Assembly: GCA_963977015.1 (NCBI GenBank)
Contig: CAXBMO010000001.1
Coordinates: forward strand, 160,001-224,000
DNA from: an uncultured bacterium
GTDB taxonomy: Bacteria > Verrucomicrobiota > Verrucomicrobiia > Verrucomicrobiales > DEV007
Direction: 5' to 3'
DNA length: 64,000 nt
Shown: in pieces, positions 56,131 through 64,000 of the stretch
Layout: the number at the start of each line of letters is the position of its first letter
Position numbering within the stretch: position 1 is the stretch's first letter
Translations under genes and position numbers: made by a program
Notes under the pieces: model-generated
What the model was told of the DNA's origin: nothing
What the model saw: only the letters and a program-made list of their open reading frames with translations
The model's database searches: none

Positions 56131-57426
56131 ATGGAAAACCTTGTGCAATCTTGGAAAGCTCGTCTCAACGCCTCAAATCTGGACGAATCGCGGAAACTCG
56201 AGTTCAAGACTGTGATCAGCCAGTTTCTCAGCGACTGGGACCACCTGGCGAATTCCGACCAAGGGCCTACCCGGGTACAAGCTTCCCAGAGTCTCCGTCA
56301 ATTGCGTGAAAAGCGGAGTAGTGCAGAAAAGATCCAGTCTTGGCGGGATGCTTTCGATTGGTATTTCGACGCCGATCAATCCGCTGCCAAAGAGGAGAAG
56401 TCACGCCTCAAGGCATTTGCCCAAGGTTTTCAAAAACGGGCAATGCCATTGCCAAACGTGGCCGGACCGGGATCCGCTCCCATCTTGAATCGCGTGGCCT
56501 ACGATCGCGCCGCGAATGCCCAGAATCTTCGTGAGCGCACCCGAAAGTCGTATTGGAACTGGTTGCGCCGTTACGATCAGTTTTGCCGCAAGGCACAGAT
56601 CGATCTGGATTTGGCGAGCAGCGTGGAGGCGTTTCTCGATCATCTTCGCGATGAGGAAAAACTGGCGCCGATGAGCCGGACGCAGGCCTTGAACGCGCTG
56701 AAGTTTCTTTACCGCCACGTTTTTTCAAAACCCTTCGAAGCCAAAGTCAAGCCCGCCCGAAAAAGTGAGCGGACGCCGGTCGTCTTGAGCCGCAAGGAAC
56801 TGGAGTTGCTGTTTGAGGCAATGGAGCCGGATCTGCAATTGATGTGCCGCGTCATGTATGGTGCGGGCTTGAAGCTGACGGAGCTTCTCGAGCTTCGGGT
56901 TCGCGACATCGACTTGGAAGAGAAAAGGCTCGTGGTTCCGGATAGTCGAGGCGAAGCCAAACGAACGGCTCCGCTCCCGAATGCGGTCCAATCCGAACTC
57001 AAGACTCATCTTGAGACGGTCCTGCAACGGTATGAGTCGGATCGTCATCACGGCGCTCCCGGAGCAATGGTTTCGGAGGCGATTCTCTTGCGTCATCCTG
57101 AGGCTGACTCGGCCTGGGATTGGCAGTGGGTGTTCCCGTCCCGCAACTGGACGAGAGATTCCGAAACCAATCAGCGTCGTCGCCATCACTGGAACGCGTT
57201 CACCTTTCAGCGAAGCGTGAAGCGGGCGGGCGAAAAAGCAGGCTTGACCAAGAAAGTCACGCCGCATGTGTTTCGCCACAGCTTTGCCACGCATCTCCTT
57301 CAGTCCGGCACCGATCCCAAAGCGGTGCAAAAGCTGATGGGGCACCGCACGCTGGAAACCACGCTTTCCTACCTCCATGCCATCCGCAACGAGCAGGAAG
57401 TGATTCGCAGCCCTCTCGATTATTGA
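56131..57426 (+). CDS. intI: Integron-integrase-like tyrosine recombinase with altered catalytic residues
   Basis: QALNALKFLY, PVVLSRKE, integron-specific insertion WDWQWVFPS...RRHH, HVFRHSFATHLL, LMGH...TTLSY. Confidence 0.85.
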   Translation: MENLVQSWKARLNASNLDESRKLEFKTVISQFLSDWDHLANSDQGPTRVQASQSLRQLREKRSSAEKIQSWRDAFDWYFDADQSAAKEEKSRLKAFAQGFQKRAMPLPNVAGPGSAPILNRVAYDRAANAQNLRERTRKSYWNWLRRYDQFCRKAQIDLDLASSVEAFLDHLRDEEKLAPMSRTQALNALKFLYRHVFSKPFEAKVKPARKSERTPVVLSRKELELLFEAMEPDLQLMCRVMYGAGLKLTELLELRVRDIDLEEKRLVVPDSRGEAKRTAPLPNAVQSELKTHLETVLQRYESDRHHGAPGAMVSEAILLRHPEADSAWDWQWVFPSRNWTRDSETNQRRRHHWNAFTFQRSVKRAGEKAGLTKKVTPHVFRHSFATHLLQSGTDPKAVQKLMGHRTLETTLSYLHAIRNEQEVIRSPLDY

Positions 57427-57555
57427 TCGGAGAGGGATTATGGTCATGTGGGGAGGTGTCCTCACACTTCCGCATCTTCTTCCGGTTTTCGGGTTGTCTT
57501 CTCGCGCTTTTCCGCAATCTTTTGCGCCTTGGTGCGTCCAAACCCAACTACGTTG

Positions 57556-58194
57556 ATGATTTACCGTCGCGAACTCAGAGCATTTCTCTTTATTCTCTCC
57601 ACTTGCGCAGCTGCATTCCTGCTTTCCAGCTGTGGATCCGTGATGTCCTCGCCCGGTGCCGACCGCTATCTTCCCTATGAGATTGCCAACCCTTCCCAAC
57701 TTGGCAGCCAAAAGACGGAGGACAGCCCCATCGCGGATCAGGTTTCCCATTGGGAAGGGGATGGAGTGCGTGGGCAGCCAAAGATCGTCATCGATGTATC
57801 CGACCAACGCGCTTATTTTTACAAAGGGAACCACCTCGTGGGAGTGTCGAAAGTCTCCAGCGGCAAGGATGGGCACATGACGCCAACGGGAAGCTTCAAA
57901 ATTACTCAGAAGAGTAAGGATCACCGTTCCAATCTCTACGGAAACTATGTGTATCCGGACGGAACGGTTGCTCAGGCCGACGTTGACGTTACGAAAGATC
58001 CCAAACCTTCAGGATCGCAGTTTGAAGGAGCGCCGATGCCCTATTTTATGCGATTTCACGGTGGAGTCGGCCTTCATGCCGGATACTTGCCAGGGTATGC
58101 GGCCAGTCATGGTTGTGTCAGGATGCCGCGGCGCATGGCGGAAATCTATTTCAACAATGTGAACCTCAAGACTCCGGTCGTTGTTCAGCCGTGA
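57556..58194 (+). CDS. L,D-transpeptidase (YkuD) lipoprotein
   Basis: Lipobox LSSC; TPTGSF; MPYFMRF; HAGYLPGYAASHGCVR. Confidence 0.93.
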   Translation: MIYRRELRAFLFILSTCAAAFLLSSCGSVMSSPGADRYLPYEIANPSQLGSQKTEDSPIADQVSHWEGDGVRGQPKIVIDVSDQRAYFYKGNHLVGVSKVSSGKDGHMTPTGSFKITQKSKDHRSNLYGNYVYPDGTVAQADVDVTKDPKPSGSQFEGAPMPYFMRFHGGVGLHAGYLPGYAASHGCVRMPRRMAEIYFNNVNLKTPVVVQP

Positions 58195-58547
58195 GCGAAC
58201 CCGGATTTCCAGATCCCTCGACCACCTTGGAGATTGATCTGGAGGGCGTAGCCCAATTGAAGCAGTCTGATGTTGAGTTTGTGCTCGTCGATTGCCGGGA
58301 ACAGGACGAGTACGACTTTTGCCGAATCGAGGGATCGCGACTGATTCCGCTGAGCCAATTCGCCGAGTTGGCAACGGTCAGTTTGACCGACCGGGAACTT
58401 CCTGTCGTTGTCTATTGTCACCACGGGATGCGGTCCCTCCAGGCAACACAGTTTCTCCGCTCGAAAGGCTTCAAATCCGTTTTTAGCATGCGGGGTGGAA
58501 TTGACGCCTGGTCGATTGAGATTGATCCGAGTATCGCGCGGTATTAA
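58191..58547 (+). CDS. Rhodanese-domain protein
   Basis: LVDCREQDEY, VYCHHGMRS, MRGGIDAW; GTG start overlaps the upstream stop. Confidence 0.92.
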   Translation: MSEPGFPDPSTTLEIDLEGVAQLKQSDVEFVLVDCREQDEYDFCRIEGSRLIPLSQFAELATVSLTDRELPVVVYCHHGMRSLQATQFLRSKGFKSVFSMRGGIDAWSIEIDPSIARY

Positions 58548-59372
58548 TTGAGCGTCGTGGAAACTGCTCAACCGCCAGTTGCGTTGACCATTGCAGGGTC
58601 GGATTGCTCGGCCGGAGCCGGGTTGCAGGCGGATTTGAAGGCGTTTTCCGCGTGCGGAGTTTACGGCGTCACCGCAGTTTCCGCCTTGGTGGTCGAGGCT
58701 CCGGGAATCGTCAGCCGCGTCGAAGCTCAACTGCCGGAAGTCGTCGCGGAGCAGGTTCGGCTTCTGAGCGATACGTTTCCGATCGCCGCGGCGAAGACAG
58801 GACTGTTGGCGTCGGCGGACGTGGTCAGGGCTGTGCAAAAGGTTCTCGAACCGACGACCTTTCCACTGGTGGTCGATCCTGTCGCGGTTGCTTCGACTGG
58901 ATACTCGATGGTCGGACCTGGATTTGCCGATGCCCTGCGCGAGTTTATTGAAAAGCGGGCGAGTTTGGTGACTCCGAACCGGAAAGAGGCTGAAGAACTT
59001 CTGGGAAAACCGATCGCATCCTGTGACGCAGCGAAAGAGGCCGCCTCAGCCTTGTCCCGCGAATTGGGATGCCCGGTTTTGCTGAAAGGCGGTCATTTTG
59101 ACGGGAGCGAGTGCGTGGATTTCCTGGCGGAAGGCAACCGAATCGAGTCGATTACCGGGGCGCGAATCCCGGATGGCGATATTCATGGGACGGGGTGCAC
59201 GTATTCCGCGGCCATCACGGCGCGTCTCGCCCAAGGCTTTGAATTGGCTGAAGCGGTGCGATTGGCGCGGCGCTATCTGCACGAAACGCTGGCTGCAGCC
59301 TACGTTTGGCCGAAAATTCGTGGTGAATCCGTCAAAGCCTTGGCTCATTTTCCGGAAAATTCGCAAACGTGA
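58548..59372 (+). CDS. thiD: Hydroxymethylpyrimidine/phosphomethylpyrimidine kinase
   Basis: TIAGSDCSAGAGLQADLK, VVDPV, TPNRKEA, LKGGH, HGTGCTYS. Confidence 0.96.
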   Translation: MSVVETAQPPVALTIAGSDCSAGAGLQADLKAFSACGVYGVTAVSALVVEAPGIVSRVEAQLPEVVAEQVRLLSDTFPIAAAKTGLLASADVVRAVQKVLEPTTFPLVVDPVAVASTGYSMVGPGFADALREFIEKRASLVTPNRKEAEELLGKPIASCDAAKEAASALSRELGCPVLLKGGHFDGSECVDFLAEGNRIESITGARIPDGDIHGTGCTYSAAITARLAQGFELAEAVRLARRYLHETLAAAYVWPKIRGESVKALAHFPENSQT

Positions 59373-59430
59373 CGGATTCGTAATGGAAAGTGTGGGGTTG
59401 GCGTCATTTTCGACCTTCAACCTGCGATCC

Positions 59431-59982
59431 ATGAAAATCGCTCCTCCCCTTGCGAAACTTGCACCGCTCGCAGCCTTTGCTGTTCTTCAAGCACTCCTGA
59501 TCGCCGCATTGGCGGAAACGCTTGGCCCGTCTGAAGGTAGTCAATCAACGACCAAGATCGTTGCCGAACACAGCAACTTCGATTCGGGCGAAAACCTGGT
59601 GTTGTTTGAAACCGACGTGGTGTTTAGCAATGCCAGCATGACGATGAAGTGCGACACTCTGGAGGTTGAGCTCAATCCGGATCGCAATGAAGGAGTCGGG
59701 GCGGCCGGAAGCATCAAAACCGCGAATGCGAGTGGCTTCGTCGTCATCGAAACCGAGAACCAGGAAGGAGATCCGGTTATCGCAACGGCCCGGAATGCGA
59801 TTTACGACACGGCGCGCGACATGGTGGTGCTCTCCAATTTTCCCAAGATCCAGGACAACGGCCAGGAAGTGATCGGTACATCTTTGGACACTAGGATTTT
59901 TCTCTCGAAAGACGGAAAATACCGCGTGGAAGGCCCAAACCGGACCACCATCCTGCAAAAGAATTTCAACGCCCCCTTTTAA
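59431..59982 (+). CDS. LptA/OstA-like beta-jellyroll protein
   Basis: Signal peptide; MTMKCDTLEV, ANASGFVVI, ARNAIYD, VVLSNFPKI. Confidence 0.75.
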   Translation: MKIAPPLAKLAPLAAFAVLQALLIAALAETLGPSEGSQSTTKIVAEHSNFDSGENLVLFETDVVFSNASMTMKCDTLEVELNPDRNEGVGAAGSIKTANASGFVVIETENQEGDPVIATARNAIYDTARDMVVLSNFPKIQDNGQEVIGTSLDTRIFLSKDGKYRVEGPNRTTILQKNFNAPF

Positions 59983-60061
59983 CCTCAATCTCCTGTTTAT
60001 GGTTCAGCTGAGTTCCCATTCCTTCTCGACGTAAGCTACCCGATCGGCCAAAGTCATTGGT

Positions 60062-60736
60062 GTGAAAGTTTTGGTCGTGGAAGATGAATCCCAAATTGCA
60101 TCGTTCATTGAGAACGGTCTCAAGGAGCAGGGCTTCATCGTGGATGTCGCGGACAATGGCATTGACGGTCTCGATTTCGCAACAGATCGAACCTACGATG
60201 CGATCGTTCTCGACGTAATGCTTCCGGGAAGGGATGGGCTCAGCATTCTTCGGCAACTGCGGGAGGCGCAGAACAACGTGCCGGTGATTTTGGTGACGGC
60301 ACGTGATGGCCGGGGTGAACGGGTCGAAGGGCTGGATCTGGGCGCGGATGACTATATCACGAAGCCGTTTTACATGGATGAACTGGTCGCCAGGCTTCGT
60401 TCGGTTTGGCGGCGATCGGCCGGTCAAGGATTGAGCGTGCTGACCGTGGCGAATCTGAGCGTGAACCTGATGACTCATGAGGTGACGCGCGATGGGACGC
60501 CGATTGAATTGGCCCACAAGGAATTTGCTCTGCTGGTCTATTTGATGCGGTCGGCGGGACGGGTCATGACCCGAACCCAGATTCTGGAGCAAGTCTGGGA
60601 ATATCAATTCGATCCAGGGACGAACATCGTCGATTCCTATATCGCGAGACTGCGCCGCAAGGTGGACGACGGATTTGAGCCCGCGTTGATCGAGACCTTG
60701 CGAGGAGTGGGCTACCGGCTCAAGACGGTGGATTGA
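60062..60736 (+). CDS. OmpR/CusR-family response regulator
   Basis: VLVVEDE, VLDVMLPG, GADDYITKPF, LRRKVD, TLRGVGY. Confidence 0.96.
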   Translation: MKVLVVEDESQIASFIENGLKEQGFIVDVADNGIDGLDFATDRTYDAIVLDVMLPGRDGLSILRQLREAQNNVPVILVTARDGRGERVEGLDLGADDYITKPFYMDELVARLRSVWRRSAGQGLSVLTVANLSVNLMTHEVTRDGTPIELAHKEFALLVYLMRSAGRVMTRTQILEQVWEYQFDPGTNIVDSYIARLRRKVDDGFEPALIETLRGVGYRLKTVD

Positions 60737-60739
60737 GCA

Positions 60740-61543
60740 CTACGCCGGATCTTTCCGAAAGCACCAGGAGCGATAACTCAATTCTCCAGATTGGAGGGCG
60801 TCGTAAACTTTCGAATTCGGGACTCCGGCGAAATCCCTCCCCAATGAGTGCAGGAACGACGGAAGGCACGTTTCGACCAATTGAAGGCTTTTGCTGGCAT
60901 TTTGGTTCATCCCGCGAAGCACCTCTTGGCTGATATCGCGGGATTTGACGATCGAAAGGGCGCAATTGGAGATATCCCGTTCCCAATCAGAAAAGCCCTC
61001 GCGAAAGCGGAAGTCGGCATAGAGAAAATGACCTCCAGGTTGAAGAACGCGGTGAACTTCGGCCAAAAAGCCCGGGAAATCAGGATAACAGTGGGAAGCC
61101 TCGACATTGATGATGGCTGAAAAGCTTTCATCGGAAAACGGGAGAGCTTGCGCATTTCCCTGCAGGAAATTGAGATTTTCGAGCGAATGGCGTTCCTGGC
61201 AAAAGGCCACGCCCTTCGGGTTGAGATCCAGCGCGGTGGTCCGTTCGGGCTGAAACGTCCGTGTCACCCAGGAGGCGCCTCCGCCGTGGCCGCAACTGAC
61301 CTCGAGAATGCGTTGGCCGGCCAGATCGACCTGGGAAGCCACATGATGGTAAAGCTGGATGCAAAACCGGTTCGCTTCATCCTCGGGCTCGAGTTGCAGC
61401 TTGGCTGTCGCATCGTCGAGTTCTTCGAATGCGTAGTTCAGGAACAGAACATCCTTCTCCTGAAGCCGCTTCGTGAGATAGGGATACCAAAGGCGCCAGA
61501 TCGTCTCGCGAACCTGGTCAATAGCAAAAAGACGATCGAGCAT
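60740..61543 (-). CDS. SAM-dependent methyltransferase resembling mycobacterial lipid O-methyltransferases
   Basis: LFLNYAFE, IQLYHHVA, LEVSCGHGGGA, NVEASHCYP; start placed at ATG 61543. Confidence 0.85.
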   Translation of the reverse strand: MLDRLFAIDQVRETIWRLWYPYLTKRLQEKDVLFLNYAFEELDDATAKLQLEPEDEANRFCIQLYHHVASQVDLAGQRILEVSCGHGGGASWVTRTFQPERTTALDLNPKGVAFCQERHSLENLNFLQGNAQALPFSDESFSAIINVEASHCYPDFPGFLAEVHRVLQPGGHFLYADFRFREGFSDWERDISNCALSIVKSRDISQEVLRGMNQNASKSLQLVETCLPSFLHSLGRDFAGVPNSKVYDALQSGELSYRSWCFRKDPA

Positions 61544-61565
61544 GATGGGGGGGGAGGCGGATTTC

Positions 61566-62099
61566 CTACCGAAGTGTATCGCTGGAATACTGCATCGATG
61601 CCGGTGGGGCTCGCAAATTCGGATGGTAGAGTTTTGCCTCGTTGTAGTGAAAGACGCTGCTGAAGAAAATGGTTCCAACCGCGAGAAGGATGGTGGCGAT
61701 GGTCAGGCCGGTTCCGACTTTGTTCTTGCCTCCGACGAGGAGCGCTCCAATCGCGACAGCAGCCGTGAGATAGTAGAGCCACTTCGCATTTCGTCGATTT
61801 TTGGTCTTCGCAATGAACCCTTCGGCCCGGTCAGGTTGGTCAATTTGGTAAACCTGGACAATTCGAGCCTCGGCAGCTCCGCGGCGGTTGAGATACGGGC
61901 CAATCATCATCGCGCACCCGGCGATGAGAATGAGACCTAGCATCTGACTCTTTGGTTCTTTGACGATCAGCGCGAACAGAAAGATGATCAGTCCCAGCCC
62001 GATCCCATAAATAAACATCGGCTCCAGCATCAGGTAGCCGTATTCCGGACTTCCCAGTGCGGTGAAAAATTCCCTCAGAAGCTGTTCGCTTTGGTTCAT
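61566..62099 (-). CDS. Membrane protein (about 4 TM)
   Basis: Four hydrophobic segments; lies directly downstream of ruvB. Confidence 0.75.
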   Translation of the reverse strand: MNQSEQLLREFFTALGSPEYGYLMLEPMFIYGIGLGLIIFLFALIVKEPKSQMLGLILIAGCAMMIGPYLNRRGAAEARIVQVYQIDQPDRAEGFIAKTKNRRNAKWLYYLTAAVAIGALLVGGKNKVGTGLTIATILLAVGTIFFSSVFHYNEAKLYHPNLRAPPASMQYSSDTLR

Positions 62100-62108
62100 G
62101 GTCGCAGC

Positions 62109-63128
62109 TCAGAGCAATTCAGTTTGGATCGGTGCGGGAGGCGTCGCGCCGAGTTTGGTGTAGGCTTTCGCCATGGCAACGCGACCGCGAGGGGTTCGTT
62201 TCAGATACCCCTGCATGATGAGGTAGGGCTCGTAAACCTCCTCGATGGTCGATTCATCTTCGCCGACTGCGACCGCGAGAGAGCCAAGGCCAACCGGTCC
62301 GCCATCGAACTTGAACAGGATTGCTTCCAACAACCGAATGTCCATTTCGTCCAGTCCTTCCGCGTCAATTTCAAGCATCGCCAGCGCCTGGTCGGCGACT
62401 GGCTGGGTGATGATGTTGTCCGCACGAACCTGGGCATAGTCACGAACCCAGCGAAGCAGATTGTTGGCGATTCGTGGCGTGCCGCGACTTCGGGCGGCGA
62501 TTTCGCGGGCGCCGTCATTGACGACGTCAATGTCGAGGAGGCGTGCAGAGCGCTCCACGATGTGCTGCAACTGGGAAACGTCGTAGTAATCAAGACGATT
62601 AATCGTTCCAAATCGACTGCGTAATGGTGCCGTCAACATGCCGGATCGCGTCGTCGCTCCCACCAGGGTAAATTTCGGCAAATTCAGCTGAATCGTCCGC
62701 GCATTGGGGCCCTGATCGATAATGATATCGAGCTTGAAGTCCTCCATCGCCGGATAGAGATATTCCTCGATGCTTGGGTGAAGCCGGTGGATTTCATCGA
62801 TGAAAAGTACGTCGCCCTCTTCTAATTTGGTCAAAATCCCGGCAAGATCACCGGCTTTCTCGATTTGAGGTCCGCTGGTGTTGTGGATGTTCGTCTCCGC
62901 TGCGTTCGCCAGAATATGGGCCAGTGTCGTCTTGCCAAGTCCCGGTGGCCCACTCAAAAGCACGTGGGACATCACGTCTCCGCGCTGTTTCGCGGCTTCA
63001 ACCATCAGCATCAACCGTTCTGTGACCTTCTCCTGACCACGGAAGTCCCGGAAGGCGGTCGGACGAAGCGACAGATCGAATTGCGTTTTTGGCGCTTGCG
63101 ATGTTTCGGTGTAGAATTGATCACTCAC
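62109..63128 (-). CDS. ruvB: Holliday junction branch migration helicase RuvB
   Basis: [38 protein letters not shown]. Confidence 0.99.
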   Translation of the reverse strand: MSDQFYTETSQAPKTQFDLSLRPTAFRDFRGQEKVTERLMLMVEAAKQRGDVMSHVLLSGPPGLGKTTLAHILANAAETNIHNTSGPQIEKAGDLAGILTKLEEGDVLFIDEIHRLHPSIEEYLYPAMEDFKLDIIIDQGPNARTIQLNLPKFTLVGATTRSGMLTAPLRSRFGTINRLDYYDVSQLQHIVERSARLLDIDVVNDGAREIAARSRGTPRIANNLLRWVRDYAQVRADNIITQPVADQALAMLEIDAEGLDEMDIRLLEAILFKFDGGPVGLGSLAVAVGEDESTIEEVYEPYLIMQGYLKRTPRGRVAMAKAYTKLGATPPAPIQTELL

Positions 63129-63432
63129 CGGTTGGCAGGTGGAAGGGGACAGTTTTTGATTGCTTTGTTAGCATTTCTTAGGATTCTAAAAATGCAAAGC
63201 AATTGTCGCGATAAGGACGCAGAATTGACGCGATTTTTCAGTTTACAAGTTCCTCTGCCTATCTTTCATCTAGCCGGAGATTTGGGAGAGATTTAAGAAT
63301 CTTGATTAATTGTGAATCGGAACTTTTCTCGTCTAAATCGAAAATAGCCTTGACCCAACGCTACTAATTTCCGAAAAGTGCGCGACCCGTGCCTTCTTGG
63401 GACTCCCTCAACACATTACCACCTATCAATAT

Positions 63433-64000
63433 ATGAACCGCCTGTTTAAGACAGCGTTCGCGGGCTTCTGCGCGACCGTCGTTTCGTTCTCCTTCCTGAC
63501 TCAAACGACCAACGCCCAGAGTGCAGACACCCCCAAAACGGTCAAGGACATCGACGTCCAATACATTGGGGACGCGAGTGTCAGTGCAGATCGCGTCCTT
63601 TCCAACATGTCGCTTAAGGTTGGGGATACCTTCTCCCAAGCGACGGTTGAGGACGACATTAAGAATTTGTTTGCCAGTGGCAGTTTCGAGAACATTCGCG
63701 TTCTGACCGAACCCGTTGGAGCCAATGGCGTTCGGGTCATCGTGGTCGTCCAAACGCGTTCGGTTCTCGGTAAAGTCGGCTTTCAGGGCAATACGGTCTT
63801 CTCCGATGAGAAACTGCGATCCAAAGCAGACTTGGAAGTCGGGCAGAATGTGAACGAGGGCGCAATCCAAGCGGGCGAACGCGAAATTCAAAAAGCGTAT
63901 CAGGAAGCTGGCTTTTCTGAAGCAACCGTCAGCTACGACATCGTTTCCGGCGGTCAGGAAGGGTTCTCGGATGTCCTCTACAAAATTGATGAGGGCGGCA
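63433..64000 (+). CDS. bamA: Outer-membrane protein assembly factor BamA, N-terminal POTRA part (truncated)
   Basis: Not in the ORF track. MNRLFKTAF... signal peptide; LKVGDTFSQATVEDDIKNLFASGSFENI and FQGNTVFSDEKL POTRA patterns. Confidence 0.85.
   Translation, partial: MNRLFKTAFAGFCATVVSFSFLTQTTNAQSADTPKTVKDIDVQYIGDASVSADRVLSNMSLKVGDTFSQATVEDDIKNLFASGSFENIRVLTEPVGANGVRVIVVVQTRSVLGKVGFQGNTVFSDEKLRSKADLEVGQNVNEGAIQAGEREIQKAYQEAGFSEATVSYDIVSGGQEGFSDVLYKIDEGG

Overview
Bacterial chromosomal window, most likely Verrucomicrobiota (inferred from the PSCyt/DUF1549/DUF1553-DUF1501 genes, a Pro-rich tail-anchored protein and C/A-rich leaders without Shine-Dalgarno sequences). It is mostly housekeeping: gap, pgk, dacB, a DEAD-box helicase, a sigma70 factor, comM, metH, trxA, a nuoG-like gene, Yej-like ABC subunits, aroB, thiD, ruvB and a partial bamA. 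No rRNA, tRNA or CRISPR array was seen. The notable signals are missing from, or split in, the ORF track. (1) Two inverted sibling copies of an unannotated ~150-170 nt non-coding element lie 17 kb apart. They share a 72-nt identical core, an intrinsic terminator and a TAAACAAA-N14-TCGCTT promoter-like motif, and a possible third relative sits at ~10.8 kb. (2) A membrane-anchored thioredoxin has an in-frame TGA at the active-site Cys (W-U-G-P-C) followed by a SECIS-like hairpin. (3) A 25-aa microprotein copies the C-terminal membrane anchor of the gene just upstream. (4) A cytoplasmic S8 protease-GAF pair lies near a stand-alone HisKA protein, a catalytically dead nSTAND-like protein and a cNMP-binding protein. 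(5) A GxxExxY nuclease flanked by 9-nt-periodic inverted repeats sits inside a DUF1553-DUF1501 pair. (6) A cassette-less integron-type integrase has its catalytic Arg and Lys positions exchanged. All family assignments come from motifs recognised by eye; no database search was run.
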